Assembly: GCA_963702425.1 (NCBI GenBank)
Contig: CAVPCQ010000037.1
Coordinates: forward strand, 192,001-256,000
From: an uncultured Acidobacteriota bacterium
Lineage (GTDB): Bacteria > Acidobacteriota > Polarisedimenticolia > J045
Length of the DNA stretch: 64,000 nucleotides
Direction: 5' to 3'
Numbering within the stretch: the first letter of the stretch is position 1; each line of letters starts with the position of its first letter. Shown one piece after another: positions 52,626 to 62,306 of the stretch. The position numbers were made by a program, and so were the translations under genes. The notes under the pieces are model-generated. The model saw only the letters and a program-made list of their open reading frames with translations. It made no database searches and was not told where the DNA came from.

Positions 52626-53939
52626 GTGAGCCTGGTCCTGCGCCTGTTGCCGGCGATCCTCTGCAGCCTGCTGATGGGGGCCCACGCCTCGCGTGCCGGC
52701 TGGGGCCTGTTCGCCGCGGCCGGCTTCGCGCTCCTCCCGCTGCTCTTCTTCGTGCGCCGCCGGTGGGTCCTGAACGTGACTCGCGTCCTGCTCGTGGTTG
52801 CTGCCTTCGAGTGGCTGCGCACCGCGTCGGGCTACGCCAGCGAGCGGGCGGCGCTCGGCCAGCCGGCGCTGCGGCTATGGTTGATCCTCGGCGGCGTCGC
52901 GGCGTTCAACCTCGCCGCGGCGGCGCTGCTCTCCGGCCCGCGCGTCGCGAAGTGGTTCGACCGCAACGAGCGCACCGCCCCCGTCGCAACCGCCGCCTTC
53001 CTGGTCGCGTTCGGGCTGCTGGCGATCATCCAGGTCAAGCCCGCTCTGCGCCTGCTGCTGCTCGACCGCTTCTTCGCGGGCGGCGGGTGGCTCGAGCTGC
53101 TTGCGCTCTCGATCTACGCCGCCGTGGTTGCCGACTGGCTGCTCGACACGCCGAAGATCCCGACCTGGCGCTTCCGGATCTGGATGCTGTTCTCGGTCGT
53201 CTTCTTCGCGCAGCTCGGGCTGGGGCTGGCCGGTTTCACGACGTTCCTGATGACCGGAGCGCTGCACCTGCCGATCCCCGCGATGATCGTCGGCGGACCG
53301 GCCTACCGTGGCGGCGGCTTCTTCATGCCGATCCTGTTCCTGGTGACGATCGCTTTCGTCGGCCCGGCCTGGTGCTCGCACCTCTGCTACTTCGGCGCCT
53401 GGGACAACGCGGCGGCGCGGATCCTGCCGCGCACGAAGCCGACGCCGCGCTGGTTGCCGCACCTGCGCTGGGCGCTGCTTGCGCTCGTCGTGTTCGGCGC
53501 GGTCGGGTTGCGGGCGGCGGGGGTGCCGACGACGGTCGCCGCCGGCTGCGGGCTGGGGTTCGGCCTGGTTGGCGTGGCGGTGATGATCCTCTGGTCGCGG
53601 CGGACGGGGGTCATGACCCACTGCGTCGGCTACTGCCCGATCGGCGCGCTGGCCACGGGGCTGGGGAAGCTGTCGCCGTTCCGGTTGGAGATCGGCGAGG
53701 GCTGCACCGAGTGCCGCGCCTGCACGGTGGTCTGCCGCTTCCGCGCGCTCGAGATCGAGGACCTGCGGCGGCGCCGCGCCGGGATCGCCTGCACGCTGTG
53801 CGGCGACTGCCTGCCGTCGTGCCACGGGACGTTCATCCGCTACCGCTGGCTCGGCCTCTCGCCGCGGGCCGCGCGCGGCCTGTTCGTCGCGCTGATCGCC
53901 GCGTTCCACGCGGTCTTCCTCGGGGTGGCCCGGATCTGA
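52626..53939 (+). CDS. Membrane 4Fe-4S protein (NapH/MauN-like)
   Basis: Multiple TMs; WCSHLC, CVGYCP, CTECRACTVVC, CTLCGDCLPSC. Confidence 0.85.
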   Translation: MSLVLRLLPAILCSLLMGAHASRAGWGLFAAAGFALLPLLFFVRRRWVLNVTRVLLVVAAFEWLRTASGYASERAALGQPALRLWLILGGVAAFNLAAAALLSGPRVAKWFDRNERTAPVATAAFLVAFGLLAIIQVKPALRLLLLDRFFAGGGWLELLALSIYAAVVADWLLDTPKIPTWRFRIWMLFSVVFFAQLGLGLAGFTTFLMTGALHLPIPAMIVGGPAYRGGGFFMPILFLVTIAFVGPAWCSHLCYFGAWDNAAARILPRTKPTPRWLPHLRWALLALVVFGAVGLRAAGVPTTVAAGCGLGFGLVGVAVMILWSRRTGVMTHCVGYCPIGALATGLGKLSPFRLEIGEGCTECRACTVVCRFRALEIEDLRRRRAGIACTLCGDCLPSCHGTFIRYRWLGLSPRAARGLFVALIAAFHAVFLGVARI

Positions 53940-53987
53940 CGCAGCGCCGCGCGGTGCTACCATCGGTCGCTGAGTTCGGAGGCGGCG

Positions 53988-54713
53988 ATGGACATCGAAC
54001 GGCTGATCGGATCGGTGATCGCGGGAGCGGTCGGGGCCAAGGGGAAGCAGGGCCGCCGGGCCCGGGGCTACCTCACCGGCGGCCGACGGTCGTCGAGCGG
54101 GGGCCTCGGCTCCCTGATCACGCCCGGGATGCTGATCGGCGCGGCCGGCCTGGCCTGGGGGCTGTTCGAAACGCTCAAGCAGCAGGGGGGCGCCGGGCAG
54201 GGGGGCAGCGGGCAGTGGGCCAGTCCCGGTGGGACGCCTGCCGCAGGCGGAGCCCCGGTCCCCGCCGGCGCGGGACCCGTCGTGCCGCCCCCGCTTCCCG
54301 GCGAAACTCCGCCGGCCGCGGCGACCGCCGCCGCCGTGCAACTGCCGCCCGAGGCGCTGCGCCTGGTCCGTCTCGCGATCTCCGCCGCCCGCGCCGACGG
54401 CACGCTGTCGCCGGCCGAGCGCGCGATCCTGCTCGACCACGCGCGGCCGGCCGGTGCGGAAGCGCTCGTGCTGCAGGAGCTCGAGCAGCCGCGCCCGTTG
54501 GCCGAAATCGTCGCTGGCGTCACCGATCCGGCCGCACGCGAGCAGATGTACGGCCTCGCTTTCGGCATCGTCCGCGCCGACGAAGGAGTTTCCGGCGCGG
54601 AGCGGATCTTCCTCGCCCAACTTGCACACCGCCTGGCGCTCGACGCCGCGGCGGTGGCCCGCATCGAGGCCCAGGCGGCGGCCGCGATCGACGCCCAGCC
54701 CGAGACCCCCTGA
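53988..54713 (+). CDS. DUF533 / TerB-fold protein
   Basis: Gly-rich hydrophobic N-terminus; ISAARADG...ER and ERIFLAQLAHRL. Confidence 0.8.
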   Translation: MDIERLIGSVIAGAVGAKGKQGRRARGYLTGGRRSSSGGLGSLITPGMLIGAAGLAWGLFETLKQQGGAGQGGSGQWASPGGTPAAGGAPVPAGAGPVVPPPLPGETPPAAATAAAVQLPPEALRLVRLAISAARADGTLSPAERAILLDHARPAGAEALVLQELEQPRPLAEIVAGVTDPAAREQMYGLAFGIVRADEGVSGAERIFLAQLAHRLALDAAAVARIEAQAAAAIDAQPETP

Positions 54714-54735
54714 CGCCACCCCCGGAGGACGCACG

Positions 54736-55764
54736 ATGGGAGCGAGCCCGCAGTGGTACATGGCGATCGGCGGCCACAAGGTCGGCCCCGTTGCCGAGGC
54801 CGAGATTCACGCCAACCTGAAAAACGGCAGCGTCGACGCCGACACGCTCGTCTTCGCCGCCGGGATGGCGAACTGGACCCCGCTCAAGCTGGTGCCGCAG
54901 TTCCAGGCCTACTTCGGCGGCGGCCCGAGCGGGCCGGTCGGGATTCCCACGCTTCCCGGCCGCGGCGCGCACGACATCGAGTTCGACATCAAGGGCGCCG
55001 AGATGCAGTACGTCGAGGTGGCCCTCGATCCGGGCGAAGCGGTCGTCGCCGAGGCCGGCGTGCTGATGTACATGACCTCCGGGATCGAGATGGACACGAT
55101 CTTTGGCGACGGCTCGGCGGCCTCGCAGCAGGGCGGCGTGATGGGGGCCCTGCTCAGCGCGGGCAAGCGCGTGCTGACCGGGGAGAGCCTGTTCATGACG
55201 GTCTTCACCAACCGCGGCGGCGGCAAGGAGCGGGTCGCCTTCGCCGCGCCCTATCCCGGGAAGGTCCTGGCGCTCGACCTGCGCACGCTCGGCGGCCAGC
55301 TGATCTGCCAGAAGGACTCGTTCGTCTGCGCCGCGCGCGGCGTGTCGATCGGGATCGCCTTCCAGAAGAAGATCGGCGTCGGCCTGTTCGGCGGCGAGGG
55401 GTTCATCATGCAGAAGCTGGAAGGGGACGGACTGATCTTCGTCCACTCCGGCGGGACGATCCACACGATGGAGCTCGGCCCCGGCGAGACGCTGCGCGTC
55501 GACACCGGTTGCCTCGTCGCGCTGCTCCCCAGCGTCGCCTACGACATCCAGTTCGTCGGCAAGGTGAAGACCGCGCTGTTCGGCGGCGAAGGGATCTTCT
55601 TCGCCACGCTCACCGGGCCGGGGAAGGTCTGGCTGCAGTCGCTGCCGTTCAGCCGGCTGGCCGACCGGATCTACAAGGCGGCGCCGGCGGCGGGCGGCGG
55701 GCGGCGCGAGGAAGGATCGATCCTGGGCGGGCTGGGCGGGCTGCTCGACGGGGACAATCGCTGA
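54736..55764 (+). CDS. AIM24/TIGR00266 family protein with N-terminal GYF_2-like domain
   Basis: WY...VGP...DTLVF..GM.NW N-terminus; GESLF, AAPYPG, FGGEG twice, LQSLP. Confidence 0.88.
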   Translation: MGASPQWYMAIGGHKVGPVAEAEIHANLKNGSVDADTLVFAAGMANWTPLKLVPQFQAYFGGGPSGPVGIPTLPGRGAHDIEFDIKGAEMQYVEVALDPGEAVVAEAGVLMYMTSGIEMDTIFGDGSAASQQGGVMGALLSAGKRVLTGESLFMTVFTNRGGGKERVAFAAPYPGKVLALDLRTLGGQLICQKDSFVCAARGVSIGIAFQKKIGVGLFGGEGFIMQKLEGDGLIFVHSGGTIHTMELGPGETLRVDTGCLVALLPSVAYDIQFVGKVKTALFGGEGIFFATLTGPGKVWLQSLPFSRLADRIYKAAPAAGGGRREEGSILGGLGGLLDGDNR

Positions 55765-55797
55765 GAGGCGCCGCGGCCACGCCGTCGCGCGGCGCGG

Positions 55798-57165
55798 TCA
55801 GGGGCCCGGCAGGGGCGGGGTGGCCGGATCCAGCAGATCGGCCAGCTCCTGGAACGTCGCGAGCGGAAACTCCGGCTCGTTGGGCGGTTCCGTACGCAGC
55901 GCGCTCAGCTCGCCCGCGTCGACGGCGCGCTGCAGGAAGCTCCGGCCGCGCGCGTCGGCGGTCCCCCTGGAGAGCAGCTCGACCAGCCGCTCGATCTCGA
56001 CGGCGTCGTACTTCGCGCGGGCTCCGAGCGCGCGCAGCGGCTCGCGCCGCAGCAGCACCGACTCCGCCGTCATCAGCCGGTCCTCGGCCGACAGTCGGTC
56101 GTCCGGGAAGCTCCACGCCGCACCGTCGCCGTCGGGCACGCCGTTCGTGCGCAGCAAGCGGCCCGGCAGGGCCAGCCGCCACTCGAAGCGGATCGTGGTC
56201 GAGCGGTCGGGCTCGCCGTAGACGCCCCAGAGGTAGACGACGAGCAGGTCGAGCGCGTCCGACAGGTCGGTGCCCGCCGCCGCCGGATCGCTCGCGTTTC
56301 CCTGCGCGGCGAAGTAGTCGTCGAAGGCGCGCTCGACGTCGCGCGGGTCGGCCGGCGTGCCGCTCGCCGCGAGCCGCTCGGCCAGGCGCTCGCAGAGCCA
56401 CCACACCTCGGCGGGGGCGATCGGCTTCTCGTTTGCGTCGAGCGGGACGTCCTTCGGCAGCGACGGGAGCCCGAGCGCAACGAACGCCTCGGCGGGCAGG
56501 TCGATGTCTCCGCGCTTACGGGCCTCCGCGGCCAGCCGTTGAAGGTCGCGCCGCAGGAAGGCGTCGACGGCAGAGAGGTCGATTCCGGCGCCGAAGTGGT
56601 GGCGCAGGATCTCGTCGACCAGCGCGGTCGCCCGGTCGGTCGCGCGGTCCAGCGCGCCGGCGCGCGCGGACTCGTCGAAGGGATCGCCGTACTCCTCGCG
56701 GAAGACGAAGTGCGTCAGCAGCACGAGATCGCGCCGCTCGAGCAGGATCGCGTCGCGATCGGCGACCTCGTTCTGCGGGAGGGGGTGGCCGACCGGCGCG
56801 GGAACGTCGGCCACGTCCTTGAAGCGTCCCCTGGCGACGATCCAGCCCGGCCCCTCGTCGACGCGAGGCCAGCGTGCGCGCGCCGCAAGGTCGACACCGG
56901 CCACGTTCCGCCACCACCCGGTCCCGAGGGTCTCGGCCTCGTCGCTCGTCCGGCCGGACAGGCGGACTTCCCGTTCGCACGCCCCGTCCGACTGCACCTC
57001 GGTCGCGACGCGGGCGACGATCTGCCGCTTCGTGCACGCCTCCCCGGAGCACAGCACGACGATCGCGAAGACCCCGAGGAGCACCGCGCCCGGCCTCCGC
57101 CGGACGCCGCGGGGCGCGGGGCCGACGCCGGCCGGCGTGACCAGGCGGAGCGTCAGTCGGAGCAT
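55798..57165 (-). CDS. Hypothetical exported protein / lipoprotein
   Basis: GGAGG RBS; hydrophobic segment then SGEAC; LPGRLLRTNG; start uncertain. Confidence 0.6.
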   Translation of the reverse strand: MLRLTLRLVTPAGVGPAPRGVRRRPGAVLLGVFAIVVLCSGEACTKRQIVARVATEVQSDGACEREVRLSGRTSDEAETLGTGWWRNVAGVDLAARARWPRVDEGPGWIVARGRFKDVADVPAPVGHPLPQNEVADRDAILLERRDLVLLTHFVFREEYGDPFDESARAGALDRATDRATALVDEILRHHFGAGIDLSAVDAFLRRDLQRLAAEARKRGDIDLPAEAFVALGLPSLPKDVPLDANEKPIAPAEVWWLCERLAERLAASGTPADPRDVERAFDDYFAAQGNASDPAAAGTDLSDALDLLVVYLWGVYGEPDRSTTIRFEWRLALPGRLLRTNGVPDGDGAAWSFPDDRLSAEDRLMTAESVLLRREPLRALGARAKYDAVEIERLVELLSRGTADARGRSFLQRAVDAGELSALRTEPPNEPEFPLATFQELADLLDPATPPLPGP

Positions 57166-57323
57166 GGCGAACCCTCCTCCCGGCCGCCACCGTAAGCCCG
57201 GGGCGGGGGAGGGGGCAACGGGGCCGGCGTCCGCGGTGTTTCCGCAGCCCCCGAACGGTCCCGTAACGTGAAATCCGCGCGTTCCTGTCGTAGCTTCTCC
57301 GGAACCCGAACGAGGAGATCCCG

Positions 57324-60300
57324 ATGCGTTTCGACTGCCCGGCGCCCCGGTGGGGGATTTCTGCCCGCCTGCTTCCGGCTGCCGTCCTGTTCCTGCTCGC
57401 CACGCCCGGCCCCTTCGCTGCCAGCCCAGCCCCATCCGCGTCCGCCACGCCCTCGACCCTCGTCGACCGCGAACGGGGCGAGGACGACCAGATCCGCGCG
57501 CGCCTCGAGTGGTTCCTCTCGACCCGCCGCGCGGGCGCCGACTCGCCCGACGCGCTGCGCGCGCTGCGCGCCAAGGCGGCCGGCGAGACCGCGGCGGCGC
57601 TCGCGGCGCAGGCCACCCGGCGCTCCCGGGGCGCCGACGGCCCGACCAACTTCTGGTCCCCGGTCGGCCCCGCCAGCTCGAACTTCGGCGGCTGGTCGTT
57701 TGGGAAGGTCTCCGGGCGCGTGACCGCGATCGCCAAGGGATCGGACGGCGCGCTCTACGTCGCCGGCGGCGCCGGCGGGGTCTGGAAGTCGATCAACGAT
57801 GGCCTGTCGTGGACGCCGCTCTTCGAGTCGGCCGGCACGCTGTCGGTCGGCGCGATCGCCGTCGACCCCAACGACCCGAACGTAGTCTGGGTCGGCACCG
57901 GCGACTACAACTCGGGCTGCGACGGCTACTTCGGGATCGGGATGCTGCGCTCGACCGACGGCGGCGCGAGCTGGGAGGTCCGCAACGGCGCGGGCGGGGC
58001 GCTCGACACCGCGTCGTCCTTCTCCAGCGTCGTCATCGATCCACGCGACTCGAACCACGTCGTCGCCGCGGTGCGGTCGAAGGGCTGCACGACCGGCGCC
58101 GGCGGCGCGGGCGGTGTCTATACCTCGGACGACGGCGGCGCGAGCTGGACCGAGCGCCTGGCCGGCCAGGAGTTGCACGGCCTCGACCAGAATCGCCAGA
58201 ACCGCGACACCTGGTGGGCCGCGACCTCGAACGGCGTCTACCGCTCGACCAACAACGGCGTCGCCTGGACCAAGCAGACCGCCTCCGGCCTGCCCAGCTC
58301 CGGCACCGGCCGCACCGAGATCGCGGTCGCGCCGAGCGATGGCAACGTCGTCTACGCGCTCTTCTCGGACGGCTCGGCCACCGACCCCGAGGTCTGGCGC
58401 ACCACCAACGGAGGGTCCAGCTGGACGAAGATGTCGAGCGGGACCGACGCCTGCGACGGACAGTGCTGGTACAACATGACGCTGGGCGTCGACCGCTCGA
58501 ACCCGAACATCGTCTACCGCGGCACGATCCTGGTCTTCAAGTCGACCAACGGCGGGGCGACCTGGAGCCAGCTGATCAACGGCTGGGGCGGTTCGCAGCA
58601 GGTCCACCAGGACATCCAGGAGCTGCTGATCGACACCTCCCAGCCGAACACGTTCTACGTCGGCTCCGACGGCGGGCTGTGGAAGAGCACCGACGGCGGC
58701 GCGACCTTCCTCGAGAAGAACGCCAACCTCAGCTTCGCGATGTTCTACGCGATCGATGTGCACCCGACCGCGATCGGCACCGTCTGCGGCGGCGCGCAGG
58801 ACAACAGCTCGCTGGCGCGCCAGTCCTCCGACGTGTGGGACCTGCAGGCGGTGACCGGCGACGGCTTCGTCTGCGCGATCGATCCGGTGAACCCGAACTA
58901 CGCCTACATCACCTCCTATCCCAACGGCGGCTACCCCAACGTCAGCCGGGCGACCGACGGGATCTACGGCAGCTTCTCCGGGATCACCGGCTCCGGGAGC
59001 GGGATCATCGGCGGCGACCGGATCAACTGGGTGACCCCCTACATCCTCGACCCGGTGACCCCGAGCACCCTCTACCTGGGCACCCACCGCGTCTACAAGT
59101 CGACCAACCACGGCACCCGTTGGGACCCCGTCTCGGGCGACCTCACCGGGGGCTCCGGCGAGGTCTATGCGCTCGAGGTGAACCGCAACTACCCGGCCGT
59201 CGTCTACGCCGGCACGACCTCGGGCCGTGTCTGGCGCAGCAGCGATGCCGGCGCCAAGTGGACCGACATCACGAGCGGGCTGCCCGCCTCGCGCTCGATC
59301 AACGACATCGCGGCCGACCCGACCAACCCCGCCCGCGCCTTCGCCGTAGTGGGCGGCTTCAACACCGGGCACCTCTGGGAGTGGAACGAGGGAGCGGGCT
59401 GGACCGAGCGCGGCGCCGGCCTGCCGAACGTGCCCGCGAACACGGCGCTCCTGCTGAGCGCGGACGACCTCTTCGTCGGCAACGACGTCGGCGTCTTTCG
59501 CAGCGCCAACGGCGGCGTCGACGTCGTCCCGTTCATGGACGGCCTGCCGCAGGGGAACGTCGTCACCGACCTCAAGTACGTCCCGGCGCTCAACACGATG
59601 ACGGCGGGAACCTACGGCCGCGGCGCCTGGCAGGTGTCGCTCGACCCGGTGGCGCCGATCCTGCTGTTCGACTCGATCGTCCTGCCGCTCGGCGAAGTGG
59701 ACGGCGACGGCGACGGGCAGGTCGAGCCGGGGGAAACCTGGCAGGTCACGACGCGGCTCTACAACGTCGGCGGGGTCGCAGCGCAGGGCGTCGGGGCCCG
59801 GCTGCGGACGCTGACCCCGGGGGTGACGGTCGAGTCGCCCGACCGCCGCGGTTTCGGCGACATCGCCGGCGGTGCGCGCGGCGCGTCGGAGTCGGGCTAC
59901 GTCTTCACGGTCGCGCCGGAGTTCCCGTGCGGCGGGACGATCGACTTCGACCTCGTGGACATCACCTCGACCAACGCCCCGGGCGCCTACAGCGACCGCG
60001 ACGCGGCCTTCACCGTCACCGTCGTCAACAACTACGAGCCGCCGATCCCGACGACGGCGCTGGACGAGGACTTCGACCCGGTGCCTCCGGCGGGCTGGAC
60101 CCACGCCCTGCAGAACCCGGGGATCCAGGGCTGCAACGTCACGTACAAGGACGATTGGAAGATCGCCACGAAGGACGCCGTGCACGGCAACAGCTACCAC
60201 TGCGGCCTCGGTCCGGGGACGTCCTACTCACGCAGCAACTCCGCGTGGCTCTACTTCGGCGGGAAGGACTCGACGGGGGGCGAGGGGCTCGTGCTCCCGG

Positions 60301-61028
60301 CCGACGCGATCGGCGCCCGGTTGACGATCACCCACTGGTACGACACACAGAGCGGGTCAGACGGGGGGCAGGTGGCGATCGACGCGCTCAACGACGGTGC
60401 CGACGCCTACCAGACGATCGTCCCCAACAACGGCTACCCCGGCGTGTTGTCGCAGACCACCTCCTGCAACCCGCTGCAGGGGAAGGGGGCCTTCACCGGC
60501 AACTCAGCGGGCTGGAGGACGACGACCTTCGATCTGACCGAGTTCCTGGGGCGCAGGATCTACCTGGCCTTCATCTTCGCCTCGGACACGATCAACAGCG
60601 TCGACGAGGGGTGGTACGTCGACAAGGTCGTGGTCGAGACCCAGGCCCGCGGCGGGGCCGTCTGCCAGGTCACGCAGTGGCCGGGGCTGGTCCCGCCCGA
60701 TGCGGCCTTCCAGCGGGCCGGCGGACAGGTCGAGGCGACCTGGAACGGGGCCTGCAATGCGGCATCGCTCCCCGCGCAGTCCTACGCGGTCGAGGGTGGC
60801 AGCCTCGACGCGCTCGCGGCCAGCGGCTCGTACACCCACACCCCGGTGGACGGCGTCTGCACGCGCACTTCGCCGGCCCGTTTCACGCCGGGAGCCGGGA
60901 ACGAGTACTACCTCGTCGTGGCCAACGAAGGGGGCCGGGAGGGTGGGGCCGGGCGCGCGTCGAGCGGTCTGGCGCGACCGCAGCCGGGCGCGACCTGCGG
61001 CGCGCGCCGCGAGGGGGCCTGTCCGTAG
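57324..61028 (+). CDS. Large secreted BNR/Asp-box (VPS10/GH74-like) beta-propeller protein with C-terminal CP domain
   Basis: Signal peptide, SGRVTAI, many SxDGGxxW repeats, GTYGRGAW, further beta-sandwich domains, ends GACP*. Confidence 0.88.
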   Translation: MRFDCPAPRWGISARLLPAAVLFLLATPGPFAASPAPSASATPSTLVDRERGEDDQIRARLEWFLSTRRAGADSPDALRALRAKAAGETAAALAAQATRRSRGADGPTNFWSPVGPASSNFGGWSFGKVSGRVTAIAKGSDGALYVAGGAGGVWKSINDGLSWTPLFESAGTLSVGAIAVDPNDPNVVWVGTGDYNSGCDGYFGIGMLRSTDGGASWEVRNGAGGALDTASSFSSVVIDPRDSNHVVAAVRSKGCTTGAGGAGGVYTSDDGGASWTERLAGQELHGLDQNRQNRDTWWAATSNGVYRSTNNGVAWTKQTASGLPSSGTGRTEIAVAPSDGNVVYALFSDGSATDPEVWRTTNGGSSWTKMSSGTDACDGQCWYNMTLGVDRSNPNIVYRGTILVFKSTNGGATWSQLINGWGGSQQVHQDIQELLIDTSQPNTFYVGSDGGLWKSTDGGATFLEKNANLSFAMFYAIDVHPTAIGTVCGGAQDNSSLARQSSDVWDLQAVTGDGFVCAIDPVNPNYAYITSYPNGGYPNVSRATDGIYGSFSGITGSGSGIIGGDRINWVTPYILDPVTPSTLYLGTHRVYKSTNHGTRWDPVSGDLTGGSGEVYALEVNRNYPAVVYAGTTSGRVWRSSDAGAKWTDITSGLPASRSINDIAADPTNPARAFAVVGGFNTGHLWEWNEGAGWTERGAGLPNVPANTALLLSADDLFVGNDVGVFRSANGGVDVVPFMDGLPQGNVVTDLKYVPALNTMTAGTYGRGAWQVSLDPVAPILLFDSIVLPLGEVDGDGDGQVEPGETWQVTTRLYNVGGVAAQGVGARLRTLTPGVTVESPDRRGFGDIAGGARGASESGYVFTVAPEFPCGGTIDFDLVDITSTNAPGAYSDRDAAFTVTVVNNYEPPIPTTALDEDFDPVPPAGWTHALQNPGIQGCNVTYKDDWKIATKDAVHGNSYHCGLGPGTSYSRSNSAWLYFGGKDSTGGEGLVLPADAIGARLTITHWYDTQSGSDGGQVAIDALNDGADAYQTIVPNNGYPGVLSQTTSCNPLQGKGAFTGNSAGWRTTTFDLTEFLGRRIYLAFIFASDTINSVDEGWYVDKVVVETQARGGAVCQVTQWPGLVPPDAAFQRAGGQVEATWNGACNAASLPAQSYAVEGGSLDALAASGSYTHTPVDGVCTRTSPARFTPGAGNEYYLVVANEGGREGGAGRASSGLARPQPGATCGARREGACP

Positions 61029-61051
61029 ACCGAACGGACGTACGCAGTGTG

Positions 61052-61128
61052 CGGGCCGGCACAGAGGCCGGCCCCTACGGTGTGCGAGGCCCGATCGACG
61101 TGTAGGGGCCGGCCTCCGTGCCGGCCCG
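61052..61128. repeat. Inverted REP doublet
   Basis: Copies at 61052-61078 (minus) and 61102-61128 (plus, begins GTAG), between convergent genes. Confidence 0.88.
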
Positions 61129-61157
61129 CCGGGTCCCGGCATGAGGCGCGCGAGGCA

Positions 61158-62306
61158 TCAGGACGTCTGCGCGCGCCACGCGGCGATGAGTTCGGCCTCG
61201 TCCTTCTCGGAGAAGCCGCTCTTCATGTCAGCCTGACGCTCCGCGGGGAGCGTCCGGAACCAGGCCAGCGTGTCGACGATCGTCTCCGGCAGCGGCCGGA
61301 AGCTGAGCCCGGCCTTCACTGCGCGCGCGTTGCTCCAGGTGTGGTACCCCTGCGTGTCACCGTCGGCGGGGGCCCAGATCGGGATCTTCCCCTCGCCGTT
61401 CTCGCCGTGCGCCCGCAGGAAGTCACCCGGCACCCAGACCAGCGTCGCTTTGCGCCCGGTCGCCGCTAGGCACTGGTCGAGCATCGTGCCCATCGTCAGC
61501 CGGCCCTTGGGCCCGCAGGCGTTGAAGGTGCCGTAGGTCCGGCGCTCGCCCAGCCGCAGCATCCACACGCCGAGGTCGCGCACGTCGATCACCTGCAACG
61601 GATCGGATGGCGCCCCTGGGGCCAGCATCTCGCCTCCCTTCGCGGCCCGTACCGGGTACCAGGTGAAACGGTCGGTCGGATCGTTGGGCCCGACGATGTA
61701 GCCGGGGCGCACGATCGTTGCCCGCTCGCCGAACGCCTCCCTCGCTTCCTTCTCGCACAGCGCCTTGAGCGCGCCGTAGTACTCGAAGTTGGCCCCCATC
61801 GACTCGAGCGTCGGGTCGGCCATCGTCGCGACGGCGGCCGTCTCGTCCGCGCCGGCGAGCTCGTTGTCGCGGTAGGCGGAGATCGACGAGACGAACACGT
61901 ACTGCCCGCTCCCGGCGGCGGCGAGCGCCCGGGCGCTCGCACGGACCATCCGCGGGTAGTAGCCGGAGTCGTCGAAGACGACGTCGAACTTCCGCCCCTC
62001 GAGCGCCTTGATCCCGTCCCCCTTCTTCGGGTCGCGGTCGCCGCGCAGTTTTTCCGCCGCCGGGAAGAGCTGCGGGTTGGTCTTGCCGCGGTTGAAGAGG
62101 GTCACCTTGTGCCCGGCGGCCAGCGCCGGCTCGACGATCGCCGGCCCGAGGAATTTCGTCCCGCCGAGCACGAGGATCGAGAGCTTCGCGCCGGGGGCCG
62201 GCACGGGGGCCTTCTCCTCGGCGAGCGCCAGTCCGCGACGGGAGAGGACGAGGGCCCCGCCGGTACCGGCGGCGAGGGCGATGAAACGGCGGCGAGTGGT
62301 CGTCAC
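61158..62306 (-). CDS. NAD-dependent epimerase/dehydratase (SDR) with Tat signal
   Basis: TRRRFI twin-arginine signal, GGTKFLG, YGALK, RPGYIVG; GTGA overlap with the upstream gene. Confidence 0.85.
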   Translation of the reverse strand: MTTTRRRFIALAAGTGGALVLSRRGLALAEEKAPVPAPGAKLSILVLGGTKFLGPAIVEPALAAGHKVTLFNRGKTNPQLFPAAEKLRGDRDPKKGDGIKALEGRKFDVVFDDSGYYPRMVRASARALAAAGSGQYVFVSSISAYRDNELAGADETAAVATMADPTLESMGANFEYYGALKALCEKEAREAFGERATIVRPGYIVGPNDPTDRFTWYPVRAAKGGEMLAPGAPSDPLQVIDVRDLGVWMLRLGERRTYGTFNACGPKGRLTMGTMLDQCLAATGRKATLVWVPGDFLRAHGENGEGKIPIWAPADGDTQGYHTWSNARAVKAGLSFRPLPETIVDTLAWFRTLPAERQADMKSGFSEKDEAELIAAWRAQTS

